NCBI GenBank assembly: GCA_029881495.1
Contig: JAOUMJ010000013.1
Coordinates: forward strand, 3,954-67,953
Source: Nitrospinota bacterium
Lineage (GTDB): Bacteria > Nitrospinota_A > UBA7883 > JACRGQ01
Direction of reading: 5' to 3'
Length of the DNA stretch: 64,000 nucleotides
The stretch's first letter is position 1; each line of letters begins with the position of its first letter. The notes beneath the pieces are model-generated. The model was not told the origin of the DNA. It saw only the letters and a list, made by a program, of their open reading frames with translations, and made no database searches. This document shows positions 40,632 through 49,741 of this stretch, in pieces. A program made the position numbers and the translations under genes.

Positions 40632-42995
40632 TTATTGCGGGGAGGTAGCGGCCGGGTCGGCGCTCCACGAACCTGATCGAACTCTTCCCCCTTTGACGTA
40701 GTGAACCGAATCGTTCACGATTACTGCCCTGCTGTTGCCATCCAGCCAGTCATAAGTCTCAGTTGCGCTCCGCTCCTTTACGATCATTTTCCCCTTTAGG
40801 TCTATTTTTCCGAGGTTGGTAGGCGGATTCAGGTCGAAAAGGTAAAGTCCCGTATGCGTCCATTCGTAGTAGGCGAATGGTTCGTTGGCGTCAAACCACT
40901 CGCTGTATGTGGGAGTTGTGTCATGCAGAAGGATGTTTATCGCAAGCCTTGCCGGCTTGGCTTCAGTCGCCGGGAGATAGGTGATCGCCTTGTGGTCCAT
41001 TAGAGCGTCCGAGGAGGTGCCCCGCTTGCCGATAATATAGCTATCGGATTCCGTCGGATTTTCCGGGTTGGTAATATCAAAGAGTGAGAGTTTGACCCCT
41101 TGGTACCACGCCCCTCGTCCGTCTCCCCAGCTTGAGGAGGTATCGGGCACGGTATCCTTCCCAATGCCGAGGAGAAGGTTCTCGTTCACGAGGTGAAGGT
41201 AATCCGAGTAGCCGTCAATTTGAAGTTCCCCGGCGATATAGGGGTCGACGGGGTTCGAGAGGTCGAGAATATAGAGCGGGTCGGTGACTTTGAAGGTTAC
41301 CAGGAAACCCCGCTCCCCCATGAATCGCGCAGAGTAGAGCCGCTCACCTGGTTTTCCTATTGCTCCGGGACGGCCGGTGTTTGGTAGGCGTGAAATCTCC
41401 TTTAACACGGAGATTCCGCTCTCCATCGACTCTCCCAATACCGTTAGTCGGGTTGTTGAAGTATTGTTCCAGGTATCTCCAAGCGAGGTCACTATTCTCA
41501 GGTAGCCGTTATGCTCCCCCATGCGGAACGATTTTTTATCCTGCTCCCAGCCGAGATGCCCATCCACAATCCCCGAACAGCAGTAGGAAGGGAGCGAATT
41601 ACCAAGTGAGAACTTGTGCAAGTCGGTGTAAACCATCGGCTCGGTATAGGTGACCATCTCGACGCTTTTGGAGGTGCCGGATGAAGCGTCCAGCATGACA
41701 GAGGTTGAAGCAACGTTATAGTTATATCGTGTGGTCGCTAGGTATAGAGAGGTTTGGGAGACGTAAACCGTTTCCGATTGGCCTATGATACAGCTTGACC
41801 TTGGGGTGTCGGGTAGCGCGAGGTTTATTGCCGTCACAGTTATTACTGTCTGAGTGGTAATTTCATCGTTTGGGGTAGGGGGGAGGTAGCAATCCTCGGC
41901 ATCGGTAAGAGGTCCCGCATCAGCTCCATCTATCCTGTAACCGGGGAGGAGATCGGACAGTGTTGCCGCTTCAAGTAGCGCAGTGTTATTGTTCTTTTGC
42001 GCGTCGTCTGCAGGGTACATTTCATAACCGTCAATGCTCGGTGTGAATCGTGTAACAAGATAAAGAGTCTCCCCGATGCGTCTGCTCGAAATTACCTGTC
42101 CGTCGATAGAGATGTTTTTCAGGTTAGCGGGGGAGGCCGGATCACTCACATCAACAAGGTCGATGCTGGTAGTCGAATTCACCCCATACCAGGGATTGAA
42201 CCAGTAGCCGTAATCGAAATTGGAACCTGTTGCGATGATTGCCAGGAGGTCTGGCTTGTTTGCTCTTCCGGTAACCAGATAAAAATCGTTTATTCCATGG
42301 GAATTGTCCGTAATCGGTATTACGGATGTTTCGGTTGCGCCTGGTGTAGCCGTTGAAAGCTTCATCACCCTTATTTTATTTTTGTAGCTGTTAATGAAGG
42401 CGGAATCGTCGATTATAGATGTGGACGTTTCAGTTGAAGTAGAGGTTGATGTATCATTTGTGCTATCCGTGCTGGTTGTAGCGGTATCCGGGCTTACCGC
42501 ATCTGTTGCGGTTCCTCCGCTGCCAACTGCTTCATTGGTTGCGGGAGCAACGTCTGAAATTCCGATATCCCACCCGCTGTGGTACATGTAAGAATCAGGG
42601 ACAGCGATGTACAGGTAATCTCCATCTGTTTTTACGAGGTCGGCCTCGTCAACTCCGGCTTCCTGAAGATTTGTCGTCGAGAAGACAGTGGCAGACTGGG
42701 TCCCAGTACCCGCATCAGCGGCAGTGGCCGTGCCGTTTGTTTCCGGTACGCCGGTATCGAGAAAGTACCTCCCCTGGCTGGAATTATCGGTTGATCTTTT
42801 AATGCTCTCCTTCAGGTACTCCTCCAGTTTTGACGGTGTCTGGAAGCGGGCGAGGGAGGCCTTTGATCTCCTGTTCTCTATGAAGTCGGTAGCTTTAGGA
42901 TCGTCCGGCGGATTCCCCGATTTTATGGCGTCGCAACCGGCAAGAATGAAAGATAGAAGTATAAAAGTTCCTGAAAGGAATCCGGATTTCTTCAT
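40632..42995 (-). CDS. Lipoprotein with beta-propeller domain (Beta_propel family)
   Basis: LAGC lipobox; STTNLQEAGVDEADLVKTDG; GKPGERLYSARF.G.RGFLVTF...DPL; GEL.I.GYSDYLH; QGVKLSLFD. Confidence 0.85.
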   Translation of the reverse strand: MKKSGFLSGTFILLSFILAGCDAIKSGNPPDDPKATDFIENRRSKASLARFQTPSKLEEYLKESIKRSTDNSSQGRYFLDTGVPETNGTATAADAGTGTQSATVFSTTNLQEAGVDEADLVKTDGDYLYIAVPDSYMYHSGWDIGISDVAPATNEAVGSGGTATDAVSPDTATTSTDSTNDTSTSTSTETSTSIIDDSAFINSYKNKIRVMKLSTATPGATETSVIPITDNSHGINDFYLVTGRANKPDLLAIIATGSNFDYGYWFNPWYGVNSTTSIDLVDVSDPASPANLKNISIDGQVISSRRIGETLYLVTRFTPSIDGYEMYPADDAQKNNNTALLEAATLSDLLPGYRIDGADAGPLTDAEDCYLPPTPNDEITTQTVITVTAINLALPDTPRSSCIIGQSETVYVSQTSLYLATTRYNYNVASTSVMLDASSGTSKSVEMVTYTEPMVYTDLHKFSLGNSLPSYCCSGIVDGHLGWEQDKKSFRMGEHNGYLRIVTSLGDTWNNTSTTRLTVLGESMESGISVLKEISRLPNTGRPGAIGKPGERLYSARFMGERGFLVTFKVTDPLYILDLSNPVDPYIAGELQIDGYSDYLHLVNENLLLGIGKDTVPDTSSSWGDGRGAWYQGVKLSLFDITNPENPTESDSYIIGKRGTSSDALMDHKAITYLPATEAKPARLAINILLHDTTPTYSEWFDANEPFAYYEWTHTGLYLFDLNPPTNLGKIDLKGKMIVKERSATETYDWLDGNSRAVIVNDSVHYVKGGRVRSGSWSADPAATSPQ

Positions 42996-43059
42996 AAAAA
43001 CATGTTAGCAGAAGATTTGATATTGATACAAATTGTTTGCAGGAGAGAAGGAGTACGGT

Positions 43060-44271
43060 TTACGTTGTGCTCAGGGCTTCCTTGGACCATTTCCTGAAAC
43101 CTTCGGCCAGCCCCATCATGAAGGTGAGCTGTGCCCACACAACCTCGGCGCCGAAATTGTATTCAAAGATACCCGCTATTGCGAGGTTAATGTAACAACC
43201 GAAAAGCCCTATGTATATCGCTCCGAGGTAGGGATTTCTTTCCTTTTCCTCCTTGAAAAGGGTCAGATACTTGCGCATGAAGTACACGAAGAGGAACAGC
43301 ATGATGAGGAGGCCGATCACCCCCCCTTCCGCAAGTTCCTGCAGGTAGAGGTTATGCGCGTGGGAAGGGTTGTGAATGATCCCCTCTGCCGAAAACTTCT
43401 TCAGGATAAAGGTTAACTGGTTGTATCCGACGCCGAAAAACGGGTTGTCCTTGAAGGTATCCCAGGCAATTTCCCAATATTTCAGCCGTGAGGCGAAATC
43501 CACCTCGAATATCCTCTCCATCCTGTTCCTGAAACCGGAAAAGGCAAAGAAATAAACTGCAAACAGGGTCGGGATAATCATTAAGGATGAGACGAAAAAT
43601 TTTCGTGATTTAAAGGGAGTTATCAGGATAACGGTGAGAGCGACGCTGAGGAAGTAGCTCCTCGATCCGGAATAAACCAGACCTGTCAGCAGGAGCGGGA
43701 GGTAATAGGCATACTCCTTTTTGTAAAAGATGGAGAGCGTCAGGCAGACCATGAATACAAGAGATATGTACCCCCCGTAATGGAGTGGATGCCCGAAATA
43801 CCCGATAAGCCTCTCTTCGAACATTTCAACCCAGAGCCTTTGGAAAATATACGGAGCGCCAAAATATTTCTGCAGGATCGCCCAGCATATAAGGAGGTTG
43901 TTGGTCATGAAGAGAGTATGAAGCGTCTTGTCGAGCACGTCCTTTGCAATAGAGAATCGTCCGATTAGTATGTACAGGAATTTATCCCATATTTCCCTTA
44001 TTTCAACGAAAAAGCTGAAGACGCCGTTTATCAGGACGGTAATCCCTTTCCAAGAGTAGACCAGGGCAAAAAGGGAGAAATCGACATCTATATTTTTCCA
44101 CTCTTTTGTCTTGTAGAGATCGTAAAGGAAGAGAATGGTGAAGATCGCGATTACCGCATTGATACCGGCTATGGAAATTGAGGATGTAAATGCTCCAAGG
44201 TAGAGGATATAGGGAATCACCCTCCCTAGATCAATTACCTTCAAGCGATTATCCATCGTAGTGTCATGCAT
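43060..44271 (-). CDS. O-antigen ligase family (WaaL/Wzy_C) membrane protein
   Basis: SGSRS, R...W..A......P.FGVG, HAHNLYLQELAEGG.IG. Confidence 0.88.
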   Translation of the reverse strand: MHDTTMDNRLKVIDLGRVIPYILYLGAFTSSISIAGINAVIAIFTILFLYDLYKTKEWKNIDVDFSLFALVYSWKGITVLINGVFSFFVEIREIWDKFLYILIGRFSIAKDVLDKTLHTLFMTNNLLICWAILQKYFGAPYIFQRLWVEMFEERLIGYFGHPLHYGGYISLVFMVCLTLSIFYKKEYAYYLPLLLTGLVYSGSRSYFLSVALTVILITPFKSRKFFVSSLMIIPTLFAVYFFAFSGFRNRMERIFEVDFASRLKYWEIAWDTFKDNPFFGVGYNQLTFILKKFSAEGIIHNPSHAHNLYLQELAEGGVIGLLIMLFLFVYFMRKYLTLFKEEKERNPYLGAIYIGLFGCYINLAIAGIFEYNFGAEVVWAQLTFMMGLAEGFRKWSKEALSTT

Positions 44272-44408
44272 TGCTTAATTCTATTAAAGTAAATCTGTTT
44301 CCAAATAATATAAGTAAAAAATCGGTTACTAACTTCAACCTTGAAACTATACCGTAATCCGGCAATTTATTGAAATAGTATTGGCGGTTAAATTATGAAA
44401 ATAACAGC

Positions 44409-45554
44409 TTAAAGCAGGCTACAGCATCTGCTACAGGCTGCCAAAGCCCCCTCCCGCTGGATCAGCTTCCGCCACTCCCTCATTTTAGGGCCGTTCCAAA
44501 GCTCTTTTATCGGTGTCTGGTTAATATTGCCGATTTGGAGGGGAAAACATCTCTGTGAGCCGGTGAGTTCGCCGTTTGCCAGAAGCTGTATTTCGGTCCA
44601 GAATACCCGGCACCTGTCGTTCCCGATGAATTTTTCAGGATGTCGATACCATTCGCCAAGCTCTTCTGAGCTCCTCAGGTAAGGTTTCCAGCGGATATTC
44701 AGGTCGATGCCGGCGTTTTCCACCCGTTCTATCTCTTCGGCGAGTTTTTTTATATCTACCTTGCCGGGATCGGATAATCCCGACGAGATCGCAGTTACTG
44801 GGTACATGCCATATTTTCGGTTATGTTCCTCAGCCTGTTTCTCCGTGATGAACTGCAGGTGGTGGAGCATAACTTCATCGATTGCTATCCCTGAGTCGGC
44901 AAGAAATCGTAGCAAGTCCAAAATCGACCCCTGGTTGGAGTGGAAGATGGTGCCAACCACATTTAACGAAGGCCTGGAAGAGCCGTTCTGGATCTTCAAT
45001 TCATGAAGTCTCCTTAGCCCGGCGACCGCTTTTTCGAAGCATCCCGGTATCCCTCGAATAGAGTCATGGATATCTCCCGGTCCATCAAGAGATACCCAAA
45101 CCGATCCTATACCGGCCTTAAACAGATCGTCTGCCAGCTTTGGGAGGAGTAGCCCGTTTGTGGTGATCTGCGTCTCCATCCCGAGGGATGTTGCCGCCAT
45201 GATCGCTTCCGGCAGTGGTTTCCAGAGTGTCGGTTCGACGCCGTTAAAGGCGATAAGCGGCTTTTCTACGGCAAGCTCCTCCATCAGCTCCTTTACCTTT
45301 GATAAAGAAAGCTCGTGGTTCCCGTCCCCTATCATGGTCTGGTAGAACATGCTGTCGGTGGCCTGGATCCCTACGTCACACTGGCTGCACCTTGCGTTAC
45401 ACCGGCTGTTTACATTGATAAAGAGCCGGAGGGGGGGGAGGCTGGCGCCGTTGGTAATATACCTGGAATTGGCCCATCTAAGACACCAGCTGATTATTTT
45501 CGAGGGGGTGACCTTTTTCTTCCTTAATTTGTAATAGATATTTCCAGGTCCCAT
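44409..45554 (-). CDS. Radical SAM/SPASM-domain protein
   Basis: CNARCSQC (CX3CX2C), GVEP, TTNGLL, SLDG....HD.IRG, C-terminal GN......W...C..CC. Confidence 0.9.
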   Translation of the reverse strand: MGPGNIYYKLRKKKVTPSKIISWCLRWANSRYITNGASLPPLRLFINVNSRCNARCSQCDVGIQATDSMFYQTMIGDGNHELSLSKVKELMEELAVEKPLIAFNGVEPTLWKPLPEAIMAATSLGMETQITTNGLLLPKLADDLFKAGIGSVWVSLDGPGDIHDSIRGIPGCFEKAVAGLRRLHELKIQNGSSRPSLNVVGTIFHSNQGSILDLLRFLADSGIAIDEVMLHHLQFITEKQAEEHNRKYGMYPVTAISSGLSDPGKVDIKKLAEEIERVENAGIDLNIRWKPYLRSSEELGEWYRHPEKFIGNDRCRVFWTEIQLLANGELTGSQRCFPLQIGNINQTPIKELWNGPKMREWRKLIQREGALAACSRCCSLL

Positions 45555-45868
45555 ATAGACTTATAGTAATCTGTTCTTCTCTTCTGGTAAACACGACTTT
45601 CCTGAAAATGAGAATTCATTGGCAAAGGGGTAATATGTAATCGGCATGAGGAGAATGGCAACAAGAAGTATCCCTGAAAAACGAGAGGATGGCGCCTGGG
45701 GGGCGAGAAGCCGGTCTTTGGCAGGGTATCCGGCTCTGAGGCGAGAAAATTATGTACATCAAGGAATCTTTTTATGCTAAAATTCGCACTGTAATATTAA
45801 CGCGCCGGAGTTTCAGAGCATGGTGCTCATGTCCTCTATGGCCGAACCCTAGCCTAATAGGAGGTAAC

Positions 45869-46192
45869 ATGGGTAAAAAATTGTATGTAGGTAATCTTCC
45901 TTTCACGGTGAGTGATTCAGCTCTGGAAGCGGCTTTTGCCGAAGTCGGTGCTGTTGAATCCGCCAAGGTCATAACAGACCGCGATACAGGCAGAAGCAAA
46001 GGCTTCGGGTTTGTTGAAATGGGAAGCGACGAAGATGCGGCTAGCTGTATCGAGAAGCTGAACGGCTCAAACCTGGCCGGACGTGATATCACGGTTGCAG
46101 AGGCAAGACCTCAGGCTCCACGCGAAGGTCGCGGCGGCGGTAGAGGCGGCTTCGGCGGCGGCGGCGGTGGCGGTGGGAGAAACCGCTACTAA
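45869..46192 (+). CDS. RRM RNA-binding protein with Gly-rich tail
   Basis: KLYVGNL (RNP2), SKGFGFVEM (RNP1), RGG/GGG tail; GGAGG RBS. Confidence 0.95.
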   Translation: MGKKLYVGNLPFTVSDSALEAAFAEVGAVESAKVITDRDTGRSKGFGFVEMGSDEDAASCIEKLNGSNLAGRDITVAEARPQAPREGRGGGRGGFGGGGGGGGRNRY

Positions 46193-46444
46193 TAAAGTAG
46201 AGATTAAACGGTCTTGTCCTTTGGGATGCCGTTTTCCAGATTATGAAACTGCTAATATGAAATTCTATTCTTCCATGTTTCAGAAATGCGCCTTGCGTGC
46301 GATTTTTGAGAACTTTCAGAATATATAAATTACATATCCCCAAAATATATCAAATGTTGTCTTTAGCTATTTCAATAAAAGAAGTGGGTAAAACCGTTGT
46401 TATTGTTTCGGGACTAGCTGTTTCGTCCGAAAATCTGCCTTATT

Positions 46445-46503
46445 AACAGTTGCCCGGAAGCCAAACCGTTTTAATAACGGTTCTGGTTTCCGGGCCTGTT
46501 TTT
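46445..46503 (+). terminator. Long hairpin with T tract just upstream of the next RBS
   Basis: GCCCGGAAGCCAAACCGTT-TTAAT-AACGGTTCTGGTTTCCGGGC followed by CTGTTTTT. Confidence 0.6.
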
Positions 46504-46520
46504 GTGGAGAGGGGGGATAA

Positions 46521-48959
46521 ATGAAAGTTCCGTCGCAAAAGGAGCTTTTGAATTCGCCTCTTTTTGCGGTTGGTCTTATCTTCCTCGCAATAAACCTTAC
46601 TACCTCACATATCTTCTATGAAGTATCAGACTATAAAACTCTTCTAGCCCTTGCAGGCGCTGCTTTTCTGGTAGTCTGGTACGATATCATTCATAGAGAA
46701 AAAGATTCGGGTGAAGAGCCGTGGGAAATGTGGCTTATTCTATCGCTCCTCCCTTTGGCGACCATCCCGGGATACTTTGTCCAGGCAGGTCACTACAACT
46801 ACTTTCTGTTCATGGAGTTTTCCATAACCTTGGCTGTAATCGTCTATGCCGGATATATCTATAGAAATATAAAAGAAATGAATGATATCTCACCCCTTAT
46901 TTTCTTGATAGGGATAACTGTTATCTATGTGAGCCTTTGGGGGTTAATTGAGAATATTCTTGTCTCAAACGGCTTCGCCAGAATATTTTTTCAGAATAGA
47001 GTTCAATCAACATTCGGGAATCCAAATTATTTTGCCGGTTTCCTGAATCTGCTCTTGCCCATTTTCTTTGCCCTTTTTCTGGGATCGTTGTCATTGGCAA
47101 AAACGAATAACGTGCATATCAAACTCAAGTTTGATAGAAATAACGGCTTCTGGCTGGCTGTGCTCTTTTTTGGGTTGATGGGACTTTCCCTTACAGGCAC
47201 CAGAGCCGCTATCGCTGGTTGTTTCATCGGGATCATGTTCTCAGGGTTTCTTTATTCACTCTATGTTCTGGCAAAGCGGGAGCGTAGATCGGTATTTAAA
47301 ATCACATCGGTTGCTTTGATAGTGTTGGTTTTAACGGCAATCATCTTCTCGCTTATAGCAAATATAAATATAGAACATAACCGGTTCGCTAAATTGCTAA
47401 ATATTGAAACATGGACGCCTCGTTTGATTCCGTGGAAGGCGGCAGTCGATTCCATATCTGCCTCACCTTTATTCGGGTACGGGCTTGGTAGTTCTCATCA
47501 GCTTTACCAGGAGTTTGTTGATCCATCCGTAAGGATATATGTATCCTCCGTGGCATACGGCCATGTCCATTCCGAAATATTGGAATATATGCAGGAAGCG
47601 GGATTTTTTGGCTTGGTGACCTATCTTTTCGTATGGGGTTATATAATCGCAAAGCTTGTAAAGGTATTACGGTCATCAAAGCATAACGCCGGGGTGCGAA
47701 TATTGGCGATCGGGATATCTGGAGGATTCCTCGGCTATCACATACAAAGCCTTGCCTCTCTCGTGCCGCGGATGATGGTAGTAAAACTACCGCTGTTCAT
47801 GATGATCAGCATCGTCTTTACTCTAAAGAGGCTGTCAGTTAACGACGTCTCAAGGCAAAAAACAGCTGTTCAAACTGGCAAAAGTGCGGTTGCCCTGACT
47901 TCAATTGTTATGGTAACGGTTGCCTGTTTCACTTTTTTCCCCTGGGTTGTTACGCAATATCGTTATCAGGCAGCAATAGAAATGAGGTCGATCTCATCTC
48001 AAATCGAGGAATTGAGTAATTCGGTTGCCATAAAACCGGATATAAATTCACTGAACATGCTTGCGAAACTTCTTGTAGTAACCAGGGATGTGGAGAAGCT
48101 GGAAAAGACAGTGGCGATCATAGACCAGAGAGTTCCAGGCATGAGGAACTTGGGATTTATCAAGGCCTCCCTTGCTTTTATTGAAGGGGATCTTGAGAAA
48201 TCCAAACGTCTTGCGCTGGAATTTCAGGAAAAAGACAATTTCTTCGATCCAAGCATGGATTTGCTATTTCATCTGGCGGTTGATACAGGTGATGCCGACC
48301 TGTTTTATAGAGAGATGAATACCCTTGTAAGGAAGCATTTGCTGAAAAACAGATTGTTAGCTCCGCGTAGCCCGATACTTTTCAAAACTTCGGAGGGAGG
48401 TTATGCAAGCAGGGTTGTGTTTGAACAAAGCAGTGACGAGATGATAGTTATATGGGACAAGGCTTTTGTGGAAAGATTATTTCAGAAGGCAAGAAGGAAC
48501 TGGCTTGAAAAAATAGATGCCTCCCTGGAAAAGGAAGAGACTTTTGTTGAGTTATGGACATCGATTTCCGACAATGAATATTTCAAGCTGGCTGTTAAGG
48601 AGACTGCTGGTGAAAAAGAACTTGCAGTTATCAGGGAGGTTGAAGAAAGGTATTTTGAAAAAAATCGCGCGCGCGAACAAAAGCTGAAATATCTTGAGAT
48701 GGCTTTTGAAAATAGCATGAGCAATGGCAAAGACGACGATGAAGCATTTATCCGTGAGAAATACAGACAGGATATAAGAAAGGTAAATATCCAGTTTGCG
48801 GATGATCTGGAATCGTACGAAAAATATCTTTCAGAAAGAACTGATTGGCCTATCTACAAGGCCAAAGTTAAATTTATTAACAGTTTTGTGCTGGAACTTG
48901 TTGCGCATGTTCATATGGGGAGCAGTTTCTACCCAGTGGTTGGGTACACATCACCTTAA
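46521..48959 (+). CDS. O-antigen ligase/O-oligosaccharyltransferase-like membrane protein with long helical C-terminal extension
   Basis: STFGNPNYFA, LTGTRAA, R...W..A......P.FG.G.G, HVHSEILE...E.G..G; about 330-aa soluble helical tail. Confidence 0.85.
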   Translation: MKVPSQKELLNSPLFAVGLIFLAINLTTSHIFYEVSDYKTLLALAGAAFLVVWYDIIHREKDSGEEPWEMWLILSLLPLATIPGYFVQAGHYNYFLFMEFSITLAVIVYAGYIYRNIKEMNDISPLIFLIGITVIYVSLWGLIENILVSNGFARIFFQNRVQSTFGNPNYFAGFLNLLLPIFFALFLGSLSLAKTNNVHIKLKFDRNNGFWLAVLFFGLMGLSLTGTRAAIAGCFIGIMFSGFLYSLYVLAKRERRSVFKITSVALIVLVLTAIIFSLIANINIEHNRFAKLLNIETWTPRLIPWKAAVDSISASPLFGYGLGSSHQLYQEFVDPSVRIYVSSVAYGHVHSEILEYMQEAGFFGLVTYLFVWGYIIAKLVKVLRSSKHNAGVRILAIGISGGFLGYHIQSLASLVPRMMVVKLPLFMMISIVFTLKRLSVNDVSRQKTAVQTGKSAVALTSIVMVTVACFTFFPWVVTQYRYQAAIEMRSISSQIEELSNSVAIKPDINSLNMLAKLLVVTRDVEKLEKTVAIIDQRVPGMRNLGFIKASLAFIEGDLEKSKRLALEFQEKDNFFDPSMDLLFHLAVDTGDADLFYREMNTLVRKHLLKNRLLAPRSPILFKTSEGGYASRVVFEQSSDEMIVIWDKAFVERLFQKARRNWLEKIDASLEKEETFVELWTSISDNEYFKLAVKETAGEKELAVIREVEERYFEKNRAREQKLKYLEMAFENSMSNGKDDDEAFIREKYRQDIRKVNIQFADDLESYEKYLSERTDWPIYKAKVKFINSFVLELVAHVHMGSSFYPVVGYTSP

Positions 48960-49016
48960 TGCTTGTCAGGAAATACGGTTGCCTTGTATTTATTCACCAG
49001 TTGTCAGAATTATCAC

Positions 49017-49045
49017 TTGAAAATATGATTACCTTGTGGTAGCAT
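49017..49045 (+). promoter_or_regulatory. Putative sigma70 promoter for the holin-like/hydrolase pair
   Basis: TTGAAA-17 nt-TAGCAT with TG extended -10. Confidence 0.4.
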
Positions 49046-49159
49046 CACCACGTCGTAAATAAAGCGGGATGCATACGATATTTACCTAAATATTGTTTGC
49101 GCCTGCATTGCAAAAAGCCGGGCAACGTCGAGGTTATTGAAATATCTGGGGAGGTATCT

Positions 49160-49732
49160 ATGGACTGGAAGGAAATCGGTAAATCGCTTGTTTCGCAGGG
49201 TGTTCCGTTGCTAGGAGGCATACTTGGAGGGCCTGCCGGCGCTGTCGCAGGAAAGATGGTCGCGGGCATTTTCGATTCAAACCCGAGCAATCCCGAGGAA
49301 CTGTTGAACGCGATACAATCTGATCCCGAAGCAATCACAAAACTGCGAGAATTTGAAATGACGCACAAACAGAAACTGCAGGAACTTCAGCTTGAGGAGA
49401 CGAAGGCATTTTTAGCGGATATGGATTCGGCGCGTTCACGTGAAGTCGCTCTCGCAAAAGCGACCGGCAAGGGGAACAATCATCTTTATGTGATGGCATA
49501 TATTGTCCTTGGAAGTTTTTTTGGCATAGCTGGGTATCTTTTTTACAAAGTCATCTTTATTAGCAGTGATCCATCGATTGACAAGGGGGTTATGGAGAAG
49601 CTGAACAACAATCCCATATTAATGATTATTATAGGCGCGCTAATATCCGGCTTCACGCAGGTGCTATCATATTTCTTTGGAAGCTCGAAAGGTTCATCGG
49701 ATAAAAACTCTATGATGCAGTCAAAAGGCTAG
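49160..49732 (+). CDS. Phage-type holin-like membrane protein
   Basis: GGGGAGG RBS; Gly-zipper PLLGGILGGPAGAVAG, coiled coil, D..SAR.RE, two C-terminal TMs ending YFFGSS.GS..K, as in phage 3TM-holin-like proteins. Confidence 0.65.
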   Translation: MDWKEIGKSLVSQGVPLLGGILGGPAGAVAGKMVAGIFDSNPSNPEELLNAIQSDPEAITKLREFEMTHKQKLQELQLEETKAFLADMDSARSREVALAKATGKGNNHLYVMAYIVLGSFFGIAGYLFYKVIFISSDPSIDKGVMEKLNNNPILMIIIGALISGFTQVLSYFFGSSKGSSDKNSMMQSKG

Positions 49733-49741
49733 ACACGCCCA

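Noticed and set aside
45640..45760. GC-rich intergenic patch with an AGCCGG/CCGGCT stem and a 44-codon ORF
   Set aside because: No match to SRP, 6S or riboswitch motifs that I can recognise; too weak to call
46128..46178. GGC-rich tandem repeat
   Set aside because: Encodes the usual Gly-rich tail of RRM proteins
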